Shown piece after piece: positions 10,684 through 19,178 of a stretch of DNA of 64,000 nt. The stretch comes from Gemmatimonadales bacterium (lineage in GTDB: Bacteria; Gemmatimonadota; Gemmatimonadetes; Gemmatimonadales; GWC2-71-9). Position 1 is the stretch's first letter. Every line of letters begins with the position of its first letter. A model generated the notes under the pieces. That model saw nothing but the letters and a program-made list of their open reading frames with translations. It did not search any database and was not told where the DNA came from. The translations under genes were made by a program, and so were the position numbers. The stretch lies in the NCBI GenBank assembly GCA_036556025.1, contig DATBKD010000005.1:13845-77844 (forward strand), written 5' to 3'.

Positions 10684-12383
10684 ACCGGCGCGAGCCGGGG
10701 CGAGATCGCTTCCGACTCGATCGGCTCGGACAGGGATGCACCCGGGGGAATCATCGGATAGACGTTGGCTTCCTGCTCGATCTGGAACTCGACCAGGGCA
10801 GGTCCCGGCCGGTCAATCGCCGCCTGGACTGCTTGCTCCACCTCGCCGGCAGTTTCCACTCGCCAGCCGGGAATCCCATACGCCTCCGCCAGGCGAACGT
10901 AATCGGGACTCCAGATCGGCGTCGCCGAGTAACGGCGTCCGTGGAAGAATTGCTGCCATTGGCGGACCATGCCCAGATATCCGTTGTTGAAGATCGCCAT
11001 CTTTACCGGGATGCCTTCCTGCACCATGGTGGCGATCTCCTGCATATTCATCTGAAACCCGCCGTCCCCGGAGATGGCCCATACCGGTTCGCCCGGCCGG
11101 GCCAGGACCACGCCCATGGCCGCGGGCACGGCAAAACCCATCGTGCCGAGCCCACCCGAGGTGATGTGGGTGTTGGGGCGCTGATAGCGGAAAAGCTTGG
11201 CAACCCACATCTGGTGCTGGCCCACGTCGGATACGATGGTGCAGCGCCCGGAGATCAGATCGATGGCCTCCAGGATCCCCTCGGGAGACAGTCCCCCCCG
11301 GAAGCTCTCGGCCCTGGGGCGCACGAAGCCAGCGATCTCCTCTCGCCACTCCTCGCAGGTGCGACTCGGCACCGCCTCGATCAGCCGACCCAGCAGCTCC
11401 CGGGCGTCGCCCACCAGAGCGACGGTGACCGGCACATTCTTGCCGATCTCGGAGGGGTCAAGCTCGAGGTGAATCAGTTTTGCGCCCCGGGCGAAACCGG
11501 CGAGGTTGCCGGTCACCCGGTCGTCGAATCGGAGTCCCACTCCAAGAATGAGATCGGCCTGCTGGATCGCGCGGTTGACGTGGACCTCGCCATGCATGCC
11601 GGGCATGCCGAGATGCAGGGGGTGGGACTCGGGAAAGCCGCTGATGCCGAGCAAGGTGGTGATGACCGGGATCCCGGTCTTTTCGGCGAACGCCCGGAGC
11701 TCGCCGTAGGCATTGCTCAGCACGATGCCGTGGCCGGCCATGATCAGAGGCCGCCTGGCCTCGGCGATGAGCTGGGCGGCGGCTTGTAAGGACGGTAAGG
11801 ACGGTAAGGCGTACCCTTCGGCAACCTTCCCGTCCTTCCCGTCCATTCCGCCTTTACCGCCCTTCCATTCCACCTTCTGGTTCTGCACGTCCTTGGGAAT
11901 ATCGATCAGGACTGGGCCGGGACGTCCCTCCTGGGCCACAGCGAACGCGTCCCGCACCACGTCGGCCAGCTCCCCGGCATCCTCGACCAGCCAGCTGTGT
12001 TTGGTGATCGGCTGGGTGATGCCGATGATGTCGGTTTCCTGGAACGCATCCCGACCCATCATCGCTCGCGCCACCTGTCCGGTAATGGCGACTACAGGGG
12101 TGTTGTCCATGTGCGCCGTGGCCAGACCGGTCACGAGATTGGTAGCGCCCGGTCCCGATGTCGCGACGCAGACTCCCGCTCGCCCGCTGGCACGAGCGTA
12201 GCCATCGGCGGCATGGGCCGCCGCCTGTTCGTGGCGGACCAGCACGTGGCGCAATCCCGGATGCTCGGGCAGTGCATGGTAAAACGGCATGATCGCGCCG
12301 CCGGGATACCCGAAGAGGATTTCGACTCCCTCGTCGAGGAGAGCCTGGCAGAGGATTTGGGCGCCGGTGAGATGCTCCGTCAT
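10680..12383 (-). CDS. ilvB: acetolactate synthase large subunit (ThDP enzyme)
   Basis: 567-aa ORF with SGPGATNLVTGLATAHMD, GGLGTMGFAVPAAMG and GDGGFQMNMQE. It contains the repeat element E2 in frame. Confidence 0.96.
   Translation of the reverse strand: MTEHLTGAQILCQALLDEGVEILFGYPGGAIMPFYHALPEHPGLRHVLVRHEQAAAHAADGYARASGRAGVCVATSGPGATNLVTGLATAHMDNTPVVAITGQVARAMMGRDAFQETDIIGITQPITKHSWLVEDAGELADVVRDAFAVAQEGRPGPVLIDIPKDVQNQKVEWKGGKGGMDGKDGKVAEGYALPSLPSLQAAAQLIAEARRPLIMAGHGIVLSNAYGELRAFAEKTGIPVITTLLGISGFPESHPLHLGMPGMHGEVHVNRAIQQADLILGVGLRFDDRVTGNLAGFARGAKLIHLELDPSEIGKNVPVTVALVGDARELLGRLIEAVPSRTCEEWREEIAGFVRPRAESFRGGLSPEGILEAIDLISGRCTIVSDVGQHQMWVAKLFRYQRPNTHITSGGLGTMGFAVPAAMGVVLARPGEPVWAISGDGGFQMNMQEIATMVQEGIPVKMAIFNNGYLGMVRQWQQFFHGRRYSATPIWSPDYVRLAEAYGIPGWRVETAGEVEQAVQAAIDRPGPALVEFQIEQEANVYPMIPPGASLSEPIESEAISPRLAPV
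11785..11867. repeat. E2: 9-nt-unit palindromic element located in frame inside ilvB
   Basis: The plus strand reads TGTAAGGAC GGTAAGGAC GGTAAGGCG (11785-11811), a centre tacccttcggca, then AACCTTCCC GTCCTTCCC GTCCATTCC GCCTTTACC GCCCTTCCA (11823-11867). On the ilvB sense strand it is translated as WKGGKGGMDGKDGK-VAEGY-ALPSLPSLQ. Confidence 0.85.
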
Positions 12384-12402
12384 CAGACAACCCTTCTTGG
12401 CA

Positions 12403-12435
12403 GAACTGCGTGAACAGGGTTTACGCGTTTCGCCA
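12403..12435. repeat. E8: minimal hairpin sharing both flanks with E4 (leuA-ilvB gap)
   Basis: GAACTGCGTGAAC (12403-12415) and CGTTTCGCCA (12426-12435) are identical to E4 positions 40447-40459 and 40493-40502. The internal hairpin is GCGTGAAC-agg-GTTTACGC (12408-12426). Confidence 0.75.
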
Positions 12436-12438
12436 ACA

Positions 12439-13995
12439 TCACACCCCCCACAGGTACACCGAGTTCAACGAGCTTGCCTCCAGCCGTTCGGCGTGGCGCG
12501 CCTTATTCAGCGCGAGCAGCAGGGCGCGGGCACTGGCCTCGACGATGTCGGTGGACGCCCCGTGGCCGGAGAGGGACTTGCCGTCGATCTTGGCCTGGAG
12601 AAAGACCTGTCCCACGCTGTCCCGCCCCGGGGTGAGGGAGCGAAGCGTCAGACTCAGGACCTCGATTTGATGGCCGATGATCTCGCTGATGGCGGCAAAG
12701 GCGGCCGCGATCGGTCCGTCACCGCTCCCCCGAGCCGAGCGCTCGCCGTTCCAGGGACCGGTCATCCGCACGTCCGCCGCCGGGGTGACGCTGCCACAGA
12801 CGACTCGCAGATGGGTGAGCTGGTACTCTTCAGGCGCGTCATGGAAAGCGCCGTGCACCAGGGCCAGCAGATCCTCGTCCAGGATCTCCCGTTTGCGATC
12901 GGCCAGGGCAATGAATTGGCGGTAGACCTCGGCGATCTGACCCTCATCCAGGTCATACCCCAGATCGCGGAACCGCCGTTCGAGCGCATGCCGACCAGAG
13001 TGTTTGCCCAGGACCAGCGTCGATCGCGGAATTCCCACCATCTCCGGGCGAATGATCTCGTAAGTCAGCCCGTTCTGGAGCATGCCGTGCTGGTGAATTC
13101 CGGCCTCGTGGGCAAAGGCATTGCGCCCGACGATGGCCTTGTTGGGCTGGGGAACGACTCCCGTGAGATAGGAGAGGAGCTGGCTGGTCCGATAGATCTC
13201 GCGGGATTCGACGTTACAGCGGAACGCGACCGCCGAGGACCGGACCTGGCCGGCCATGACGATCTCCTCCAGCGCCGCATTGCCGGCCCGCTCGCCGATG
13301 CCGTTTACGGTGCATTCGACCTGCCGGACGCCGGCCTCGATCGCTGCCAGGCTGTTGGCCACGGCCAGCCCCAGGTCGTCGTGACAGTGGGCGCTGAACA
13401 CGACCCGATCACTGCCCGGCACCCGGCTGCGAACGTCACGAAACATGGCGGCGTACTCATGCGGCAGGGCGTACCCGACGGTGTCCGGCAGATTGACGGT
13501 TCGGGCACCCTCCGCGATGGCCAGCTCCACCACCCGGCACAGGAAATCCGGATCGGAGCGGCTTGCATCTTCGGCCGAAAACTCGACGTCGTCGGTGAAG
13601 TGCCGGGCCCGGCGGATGGCGCTGCGAGCGAGATCGAGCACCTCGTCCCGGCTGATCCGCAGCTTTTCCCGGATGTGAAGGTCGGAGGTGGAGATGAAGA
13701 CGTGAAGTCGGCCACGGACCGCCTGACTCAGTGCCTCGCCGGCAAGATCGATGTCCCGCTCGTGGCAGCGGGCGAGGGCGGCGATCACCGGCCGGCGAAC
13801 CTCGGCCGCGATGTCCCGTACGCTGCGGTAGTCGCCCTCCGAGGCAGCCGGAAAACCGGCCTCGATCACATCCACGCCGAGCGCGTCGAGCTGTCGCGCG
13901 AGGCGCAGCTTCTCCTCCGCCGACAGACTGTTTCCGGGAGCCTGCTCGCCATCGCGCAAGGTGGTATCGAAGATCAGGACGTCCGTGGTGCCCAT
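12439..13995 (-). CDS. leuA: 2-isopropylmalate synthase
   Basis: 518-aa ORF with TTLRDGEQAPG and HCHDDLGLAVANSLAA, plus the C-terminal LeuA dimerisation/regulatory domain. Confidence 0.96.
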   Translation of the reverse strand: MGTTDVLIFDTTLRDGEQAPGNSLSAEEKLRLARQLDALGVDVIEAGFPAASEGDYRSVRDIAAEVRRPVIAALARCHERDIDLAGEALSQAVRGRLHVFISTSDLHIREKLRISRDEVLDLARSAIRRARHFTDDVEFSAEDASRSDPDFLCRVVELAIAEGARTVNLPDTVGYALPHEYAAMFRDVRSRVPGSDRVVFSAHCHDDLGLAVANSLAAIEAGVRQVECTVNGIGERAGNAALEEIVMAGQVRSSAVAFRCNVESREIYRTSQLLSYLTGVVPQPNKAIVGRNAFAHEAGIHQHGMLQNGLTYEIIRPEMVGIPRSTLVLGKHSGRHALERRFRDLGYDLDEGQIAEVYRQFIALADRKREILDEDLLALVHGAFHDAPEEYQLTHLRVVCGSVTPAADVRMTGPWNGERSARGSGDGPIAAAFAAISEIIGHQIEVLSLTLRSLTPGRDSVGQVFLQAKIDGKSLSGHGASTDIVEASARALLLALNKARHAERLEASSLNSVYLWGV

Positions 13996-14020
13996 ACGCG
14001 CTTTCTGTTCGGTGAAGGTG

Positions 14021-14054
14021 AAAAAAAAAGCCGCGGACTGTGAGGTCCGCGGCG
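14021..14054 (-). terminator. intrinsic terminator (attenuator) between the leader peptide and leuA
   Basis: The minus-strand RNA reads GCCGCGGAC-cucaca-GUCCGCGGC followed by nine U (A-run 14021-14029 on the plus strand). It ends 25 nt upstream of the leuA ATG. Confidence 0.8.
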
Positions 14055-14084
14055 CTGAGGATTCTGAGAGATGCTGCTGCTATC

Positions 14085-14186
14085 TCACGTGGCTCCGGTC
14101 GGCACGCCGTGGACCCCTGGCTTACCAATAAGGATGGTAAGCAGGAGGCTAAGGACGACGACGACGAGCGCGAGATTGAGCAGCAT
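14085..14186 (-). CDS. branched-chain amino acid leader peptide (33 aa)
   Basis: This is the tail of track ORF 14085..15584(-): MLLNLALVVVVLSLLLTILIGKPGVHGVPTGAT. Of the first 20 residues, 16 are Leu, Val or Ile. It sits between a promoter candidate and the terminator. An in-frame TTG 11 codons upstream is an alternative start. Confidence 0.7.
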   Translation of the reverse strand: MLLNLALVVVVLSLLLTILIGKPGVHGVPTGAT

Positions 14187-14253
14187 GGGTCCGATCGCGA
14201 TGGTCCGTTGAAACGACAACGGTGGTTGCCTCGAAAGAGCGGCAACGTTCCTG

Positions 14254-14282
14254 AGGCTAGCGTGTGCCCTGAGCACTGTCAA
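14254..14282 (-). promoter_or_regulatory. sigma70-like promoter candidate for the leader-leuA-ilv-leu operon
   Basis: On the minus strand: TTGACA (14282-14277), a 17-nt spacer, then TAGCCT (14259-14254). Confidence 0.45.
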
Positions 14283-14296
14283 GTGGGAATGACCGC

Positions 14297-14325
14297 TTGA
14301 CGGATGCGCCGTGATGCATAATAAT
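14297..14325 (+). promoter_or_regulatory. sigma70-like promoter candidate for gltB (divergent from the leu promoter)
   Basis: TTGACG (14297-14302) followed 16-17 nt later by TAATAA/AATAAT (14319-14325). It is back to back with the minus-strand promoter. Confidence 0.4.
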
Positions 14326-14430
14326 ACAGCCATGAGCTGCGCGATGCTTGCCCGAGTTCTTCCGATTAACGCTAATCTCGCCCGCCACGAGGGGGCGACC
14401 GGGTAAGCGAGCGCGTTTGCGCTATGTCCC

Positions 14431-14459
14431 GGCCCGCTCCCTAGGAGTGGGCCTTTTTT
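14431..14459 (+). terminator. intrinsic-terminator-like hairpin inside the gltB leader
   Basis: GGCCCGCTCC (14431-14440) pairs with GGAGTGGGCC (14444-14453) with one G-U pair, followed by TTTTTT (14454-14459). It ends 55 nt upstream of the gltB ATG. Two more hairpins precede it (TCGCCC/GGGCGA ~14389-14409; AGCGC/GCGCT ~14411-14424). Confidence 0.55.
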
Positions 14460-14513
14460 GTTGCCCCGACGCGGCCTCTCCGGCCGCTGGGGTCTCACAC
14501 CGCAGGAGGCACC

Positions 14514-17500
14514 ATGGCCGCCACTGGGCAGCGAATCCACCCGGCCGGTTCCCGTCAGTTCGACGCTCGCCACTCGGCCACCCCGGCGGAGCGTGCGCTC
14601 GATCCCTTCCGCGAGCATGACGCCTGCGGCGTTGGGTTGGTGGCCTGTGCCTCCGGCACCCGCTCTCATGAAGTCGTCTCGATGGCTCTCGAGGCGGTGG
14701 CCCGGGTAGCGCACCGCGGCGCCGCCTCCACCGACAACTCGGGGGATGGTGCCGGTCTGCTGACCCAGATCCCGCATCGCCTGTTCTACCGCGATGCCTA
14801 CCGTCTGGGCCTGCACCTGCAGCCGGGGCTTCCCTTCGGCGTCGGGGTCTTCTTTCTCCCGCGAGCGCCCGAGGCGCTGGCCGCCTCCGTCGAGCTGATC
14901 GAGGCGGTCCTGGCCGGGGACGGCGTGCCCTTCCTCGGCTGGCGCGATGTGCCGACCAATCTGGCGGCGCTCGGCCGAACGGCGTTGGAGTCCTGCCCCG
15001 TCATTCGCCAGGTCCTGGTAGGCCGGCCCGCGCTCGCGGCCGATGAGGAGGCGTGGGAGCGCGCGCTCTACCTTGCCCGACGAGAAATGGAGCGCCGGGC
15101 GGCGGAGCGCCAGCTGCCCGGGTTCTATGTCTGCTCCCTCTCCTGCCGCACCATCGTCTACAAGGCACTGCTCACCGGGACTCACCTCCCCGCCTTTTTC
15201 ACCGATTTCCGCTACCCCGAGTACGAGAGCGCGATCGCCGTCTTTCACCAGCGGTATTCGACCAATACGCTTCCCAGCTGGCCGCTGGCTCAACCGTTTC
15301 GCCTGCTGGCGCACAACGGCGAGATCAACACGCTCTGGGGCAACCGCAACAGCATGACCATGCGACAGCCGATGCTCGCGTCGCCGATCTGGGGCCAGAA
15401 GATCGAGCGGCTCCGCGACGCGATCTGGCGAGAAGGGAGTGACTCGGCCAGCCTCGACAACGCGATGGAGCTGCTGGTTCGTTCGGGGCGCGACCTGATC
15501 CATACCTCGATGATGATGATCCCGCAGGCGTGGGAGAAGTATTCCGATCTCGACCCCGCGGTGAAGGCGTTCTACGAGTACCACCAGTGTGTACTCGAGC
15601 CCTGGGACGGCCCGGCGGCGTTGGCCTTCACCGATGGCGTGCTGGCCGGCGCAGCGGTGGACCGGAACGGACTACGCCCCTGCCGCTACAAGGTCCGGGG
15701 CGACGGTCTGGTGGTAGCGGGTTCGGAAGTGGGCCTCGTCGACCTGGACCCGCGCGAGGTGGTGGAGTGCGGCAAGGTGGGGCCGGGAGAGATTCTGGTC
15801 GTCGACACTCGGCGACGCGAAGTGATCCGGAACGTGGATGCCAAGCGGGAAGTGGCGGGGCGGCGCCCCTACGCTCGCTGGGTGGCCCGCTACATGGCCA
15901 CGCTGGTGCCGGATCCGGCCAGGGTGCCACCGGTTCATACCGGGGAGGCCCTTCTTCGGCGGCAGCAGGTCTTCGGGTATGGCTTCGAGGACTTGCGCCT
16001 GGTACTCGATCCCATGGGCAGCGGCGGGGCAGATCCCGTCTGGAGCATGGGAGACGACACCCCAATCCCGCCGCTCTCGGCGGTGCCGCAGACCGTGTAC
16101 GCCTATTTCCGGCAGCGCTTCGCGCAGGTCACCAATCCGCCGATCGACTCCCTGCGCGAATCCATGGTGATGTCGCTGCGGATGCACCTGGGACGGAGAA
16201 GCTCGCCGCTGCTGGATCGGCCGTCCTACGCTCGAATGCTTCGTCTGGAGCACCCCGTGCTCCTGGCGGAAGAGATGGCGGCGTTGCGAAACGTTGCCGG
16301 CTTCTCCACGGTGACGCTCGATGCGGTGTTTGATGTCGCCCGAGGTGTGGATGGGCTCCATCCCGCGCTCACGGCCTTGCGACGGGCAGCGGAGCGTGCT
16401 GCCCGTCGGGGAGCGCGCATCCTGGTCATCAGCGACCGGGCCGCCGATGAACATCGAGCCCCGATTCCGATGCTGCTCGCGATCGGCGCGGTGCGACAGC
16501 ATCTGGTGCACACCGGCCTGCGCGCCCGCGTCGGACTGGTCGCCGAAGCCGGCGATGCCTTCGACATCCACCACTTCGCCACCCTCATCGGCTACGGCGC
16601 CGAGGCGGTGCATCCCTGGTTGGCGCTGGAGACGATCGAGGGACTGTTCAGCGAGGTGCGGGAACACTCGCGCCGCGAACAGGCCGACGCCGAGCCCCGG
16701 CCCAACCCCAGGGAGGCTCGCCATCGCTTCCGCACCGCCGCCGAGAAGGGACTGCTCAAGATTCTGTCCAAAATGGGAATCTCGACGCTCTCTTCCTACT
16801 GCGGAGCCCAGATTTTCGAGGTGCTTGGCCTGGGGCACGAGGTGATTTCGAGCTGCTTCTCCGGGACCGCGTCGCCCATCGGCGGCATCGGGTTCGAGGA
16901 GATCGCGGAGGACGTGTTGTCCCGCCACCGAGTCGCCTACGGCTCGGCCTCAGGATCGACGACATCGCTCCCGGACTACGGTCGAGTTCGCTTTCGCAAG
17001 GAAGGCGAGGACCACGGCTGGGCGCCGCCCGTCGTGGTCGCCCTGCAGCAGGCCATCAAAGCGCAGGGCGCCGAGGCCTACGGTGGCTTCCTGGTCAAGA
17101 ATGGCTCCCGTCGTCCCGCGGGTCCCCGCGATCTGCTCACCGTCCGGGGAGGCAATCCGATCTCACTGGACGAGGTGGAGCCTGCCGAGGCGATTCGACG
17201 CCGATTCATCTCCTCGGCCATGTCCCTCGGCGCCCTGTCGCCGGAGGCGCATGCCACGCTCTCCATCGCCATGAACCGGATGGGAGCCCGATCCAACTCC
17301 GGCGAGGGCGGCGAAGACCCGTTCAACTATCGCGCGCTTTCCGACGGAGACCGGGCGGACAACCGGATCAAGCAGGTGGCCTCCGCCCGGTTCGGCGTAA
17401 CCACGGAATACCTCATCAGGGCCGAGGAGCTGGAGATCAAGATCGTCCAGGGCGCCAAGCCCGGCGAAGGCGGTCAGCTGCCGGGTCACAAGGTCTCGGA

Positions 17501-19148
17501 GTTGATCGCGCGCCTGCGCCACGCGGTGCCGGGCATCCAGCTGATCTCACCGCCACCCCACCACGACATCTACTCGATCGAGGATCTGGCCCAACTGATC
17601 CACGACCTGAAGACGGTGAACCCGCGCGCCCGAGTCGGGGTCAAACTGGTTTCCGAAGCGGGAGTGGGCACGGTTGCCGCGGGCGTGGCCAAGGCCTATG
17701 CCGACTACGTGCTCATCGCGGGACACAATGGGGGCACCGGCGCCTCGCCGCTGTCGTCCATCAAGCACTCCGGCTCTCCCTGGGAGCTGGGCTTGGCGGA
17801 GACCCAAGCGACCCTGGTCCGCAACGGCCTCCGCCATCGGATCGAGGTCCGCACCGACGGCGGCCTGAAGACCGGACGGGACGTAATCATCGCGGCCCTA
17901 CTGGGGGCCGAGAGCTACGGATTCGGCACGGCGCCACTCGTGGCGATGGGCTGCGCCATGGCCCGCCAGTGCCACCTCAACACCTGCCCCACCGGCATTG
18001 CAACCCAACGCCCCGATCTGCGGGCGAAGTTCAAGGGTACGCCGGAGCAGGTGATCACCTACTTCACCTTCCTCGCCGAGGAAGTGCGTCAGATTCTCGC
18101 GGCGATGGGCGCGCGAAGTCTGGAGGAGATCATCGGCCGAAACGATCTGCTGGAGCGTCTGGAGCACCCCGAGCTGCCTCGCGCGCAGATGCTGGACCTG
18201 TCGGTGCTCTTCGCTCCGACGGGTGAGGAGGGCCGGCCACGCCGCCCAGCCGGGCCACTCCATCACACGCAGAATCGAAACGATCGTCCGGGGACGGTCG
18301 CGCTGGACAGCGAGATCCTGACCGATCTGCGTCCCTACCTGGAGAGCGGTCTGCCGTTTTCCGGCAGCTATCCGATCTACAACCACAACCTCGCGGTGGG
18401 CGCGCGGGTGGCCGGTGAGATCGTACAGCGCCATGGCGACGCGGCGCTGGCAGCCGGCAGCGTTCGCCTGCGGTTCACCGGGAGCGCCGGCCAGAGCTTT
18501 GGCGCGTTCAGCTGCCGCGGGATGCATCTGGAGCTGGAAGGCGAGGCGAACGATTACGTCGGGAAGGGCCTGAGCGGGGCGGAAATCACCATCCGGCCGT
18601 TCCGCCGGGCAGCCTACGCCGACGTCTCCCACCAGCACCTCATCATCGGGAATACCGTCCTCTATGGTGCGACCGGCGGCCGGCTGTTCGCGGCGGGCCA
18701 GGCCGGCGACCGCTTCGCCGTGCGCAATTCCGGAGCGGTGGCCGTCATCGAGGGAGCAGGCAATCACTGCTGCGAGTACATGACGTCCGGCATCGTCGTG
18801 GTCCTGGGACGGGCTGGCCGCAACTTTGGCGCTGGCATGTCCAATGGCGTGGCGTACGTGCTGGACGAGGCCGGAACCTTCGAGAGCCGGGTGAATCGCG
18901 ACATGGTGGAACTGGCCGACATGGAGGACCAGGACGAGGAGTTGCTTCGGCGGCTGATCCGAGAGCACGAAGAGAAGACGGTGAGCCCTCGGGCCCGGAC
19001 CCTGCTGGTGCAGTGGGAGCACTACCTGCCGCTCTTCCGCAAGGTGAGCCCCAACGGCGCCGCCGGCCTGGTCGCGGCTGCTCGGGAGGCATATCTGCAG
19101 ACCCCGGTGGTCGAGCGCGAGGAATTGGTGGCGCGGCGGACGGCCTAG
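14514..19148 (+). CDS. gltB: glutamate synthase large subunit
   Basis: 1544-aa ORF. The Ntn-amidotransferase Cys is in EHDACGVGLVA. FMN and Fe-S region motifs are present (GEGGEDP, PPPHHDIYSIEDLAQLI, CHLNTCPTGIATQ), followed by the C-terminal beta-helix domain. Confidence 0.97.
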   Translation: MAATGQRIHPAGSRQFDARHSATPAERALDPFREHDACGVGLVACASGTRSHEVVSMALEAVARVAHRGAASTDNSGDGAGLLTQIPHRLFYRDAYRLGLHLQPGLPFGVGVFFLPRAPEALAASVELIEAVLAGDGVPFLGWRDVPTNLAALGRTALESCPVIRQVLVGRPALAADEEAWERALYLARREMERRAAERQLPGFYVCSLSCRTIVYKALLTGTHLPAFFTDFRYPEYESAIAVFHQRYSTNTLPSWPLAQPFRLLAHNGEINTLWGNRNSMTMRQPMLASPIWGQKIERLRDAIWREGSDSASLDNAMELLVRSGRDLIHTSMMMIPQAWEKYSDLDPAVKAFYEYHQCVLEPWDGPAALAFTDGVLAGAAVDRNGLRPCRYKVRGDGLVVAGSEVGLVDLDPREVVECGKVGPGEILVVDTRRREVIRNVDAKREVAGRRPYARWVARYMATLVPDPARVPPVHTGEALLRRQQVFGYGFEDLRLVLDPMGSGGADPVWSMGDDTPIPPLSAVPQTVYAYFRQRFAQVTNPPIDSLRESMVMSLRMHLGRRSSPLLDRPSYARMLRLEHPVLLAEEMAALRNVAGFSTVTLDAVFDVARGVDGLHPALTALRRAAERAARRGARILVISDRAADEHRAPIPMLLAIGAVRQHLVHTGLRARVGLVAEAGDAFDIHHFATLIGYGAEAVHPWLALETIEGLFSEVREHSRREQADAEPRPNPREARHRFRTAAEKGLLKILSKMGISTLSSYCGAQIFEVLGLGHEVISSCFSGTASPIGGIGFEEIAEDVLSRHRVAYGSASGSTTSLPDYGRVRFRKEGEDHGWAPPVVVALQQAIKAQGAEAYGGFLVKNGSRRPAGPRDLLTVRGGNPISLDEVEPAEAIRRRFISSAMSLGALSPEAHATLSIAMNRMGARSNSGEGGEDPFNYRALSDGDRADNRIKQVASARFGVTTEYLIRAEELEIKIVQGAKPGEGGQLPGHKVSELIARLRHAVPGIQLISPPPHHDIYSIEDLAQLIHDLKTVNPRARVGVKLVSEAGVGTVAAGVAKAYADYVLIAGHNGGTGASPLSSIKHSGSPWELGLAETQATLVRNGLRHRIEVRTDGGLKTGRDVIIAALLGAESYGFGTAPLVAMGCAMARQCHLNTCPTGIATQRPDLRAKFKGTPEQVITYFTFLAEEVRQILAAMGARSLEEIIGRNDLLERLEHPELPRAQMLDLSVLFAPTGEEGRPRRPAGPLHHTQNRNDRPGTVALDSEILTDLRPYLESGLPFSGSYPIYNHNLAVGARVAGEIVQRHGDAALAAGSVRLRFTGSAGQSFGAFSCRGMHLELEGEANDYVGKGLSGAEITIRPFRRAAYADVSHQHLIIGNTVLYGATGGRLFAAGQAGDRFAVRNSGAVAVIEGAGNHCCEYMTSGIVVVLGRAGRNFGAGMSNGVAYVLDEAGTFESRVNRDMVELADMEDQDEELLRRLIREHEEKTVSPRARTLLVQWEHYLPLFRKVSPNGAAGLVAAAREAYLQTPVVEREELVARRTA

Positions 19149-19178
19149 GCGACCGACATAGGCTGAAGGAGGTCCAGC

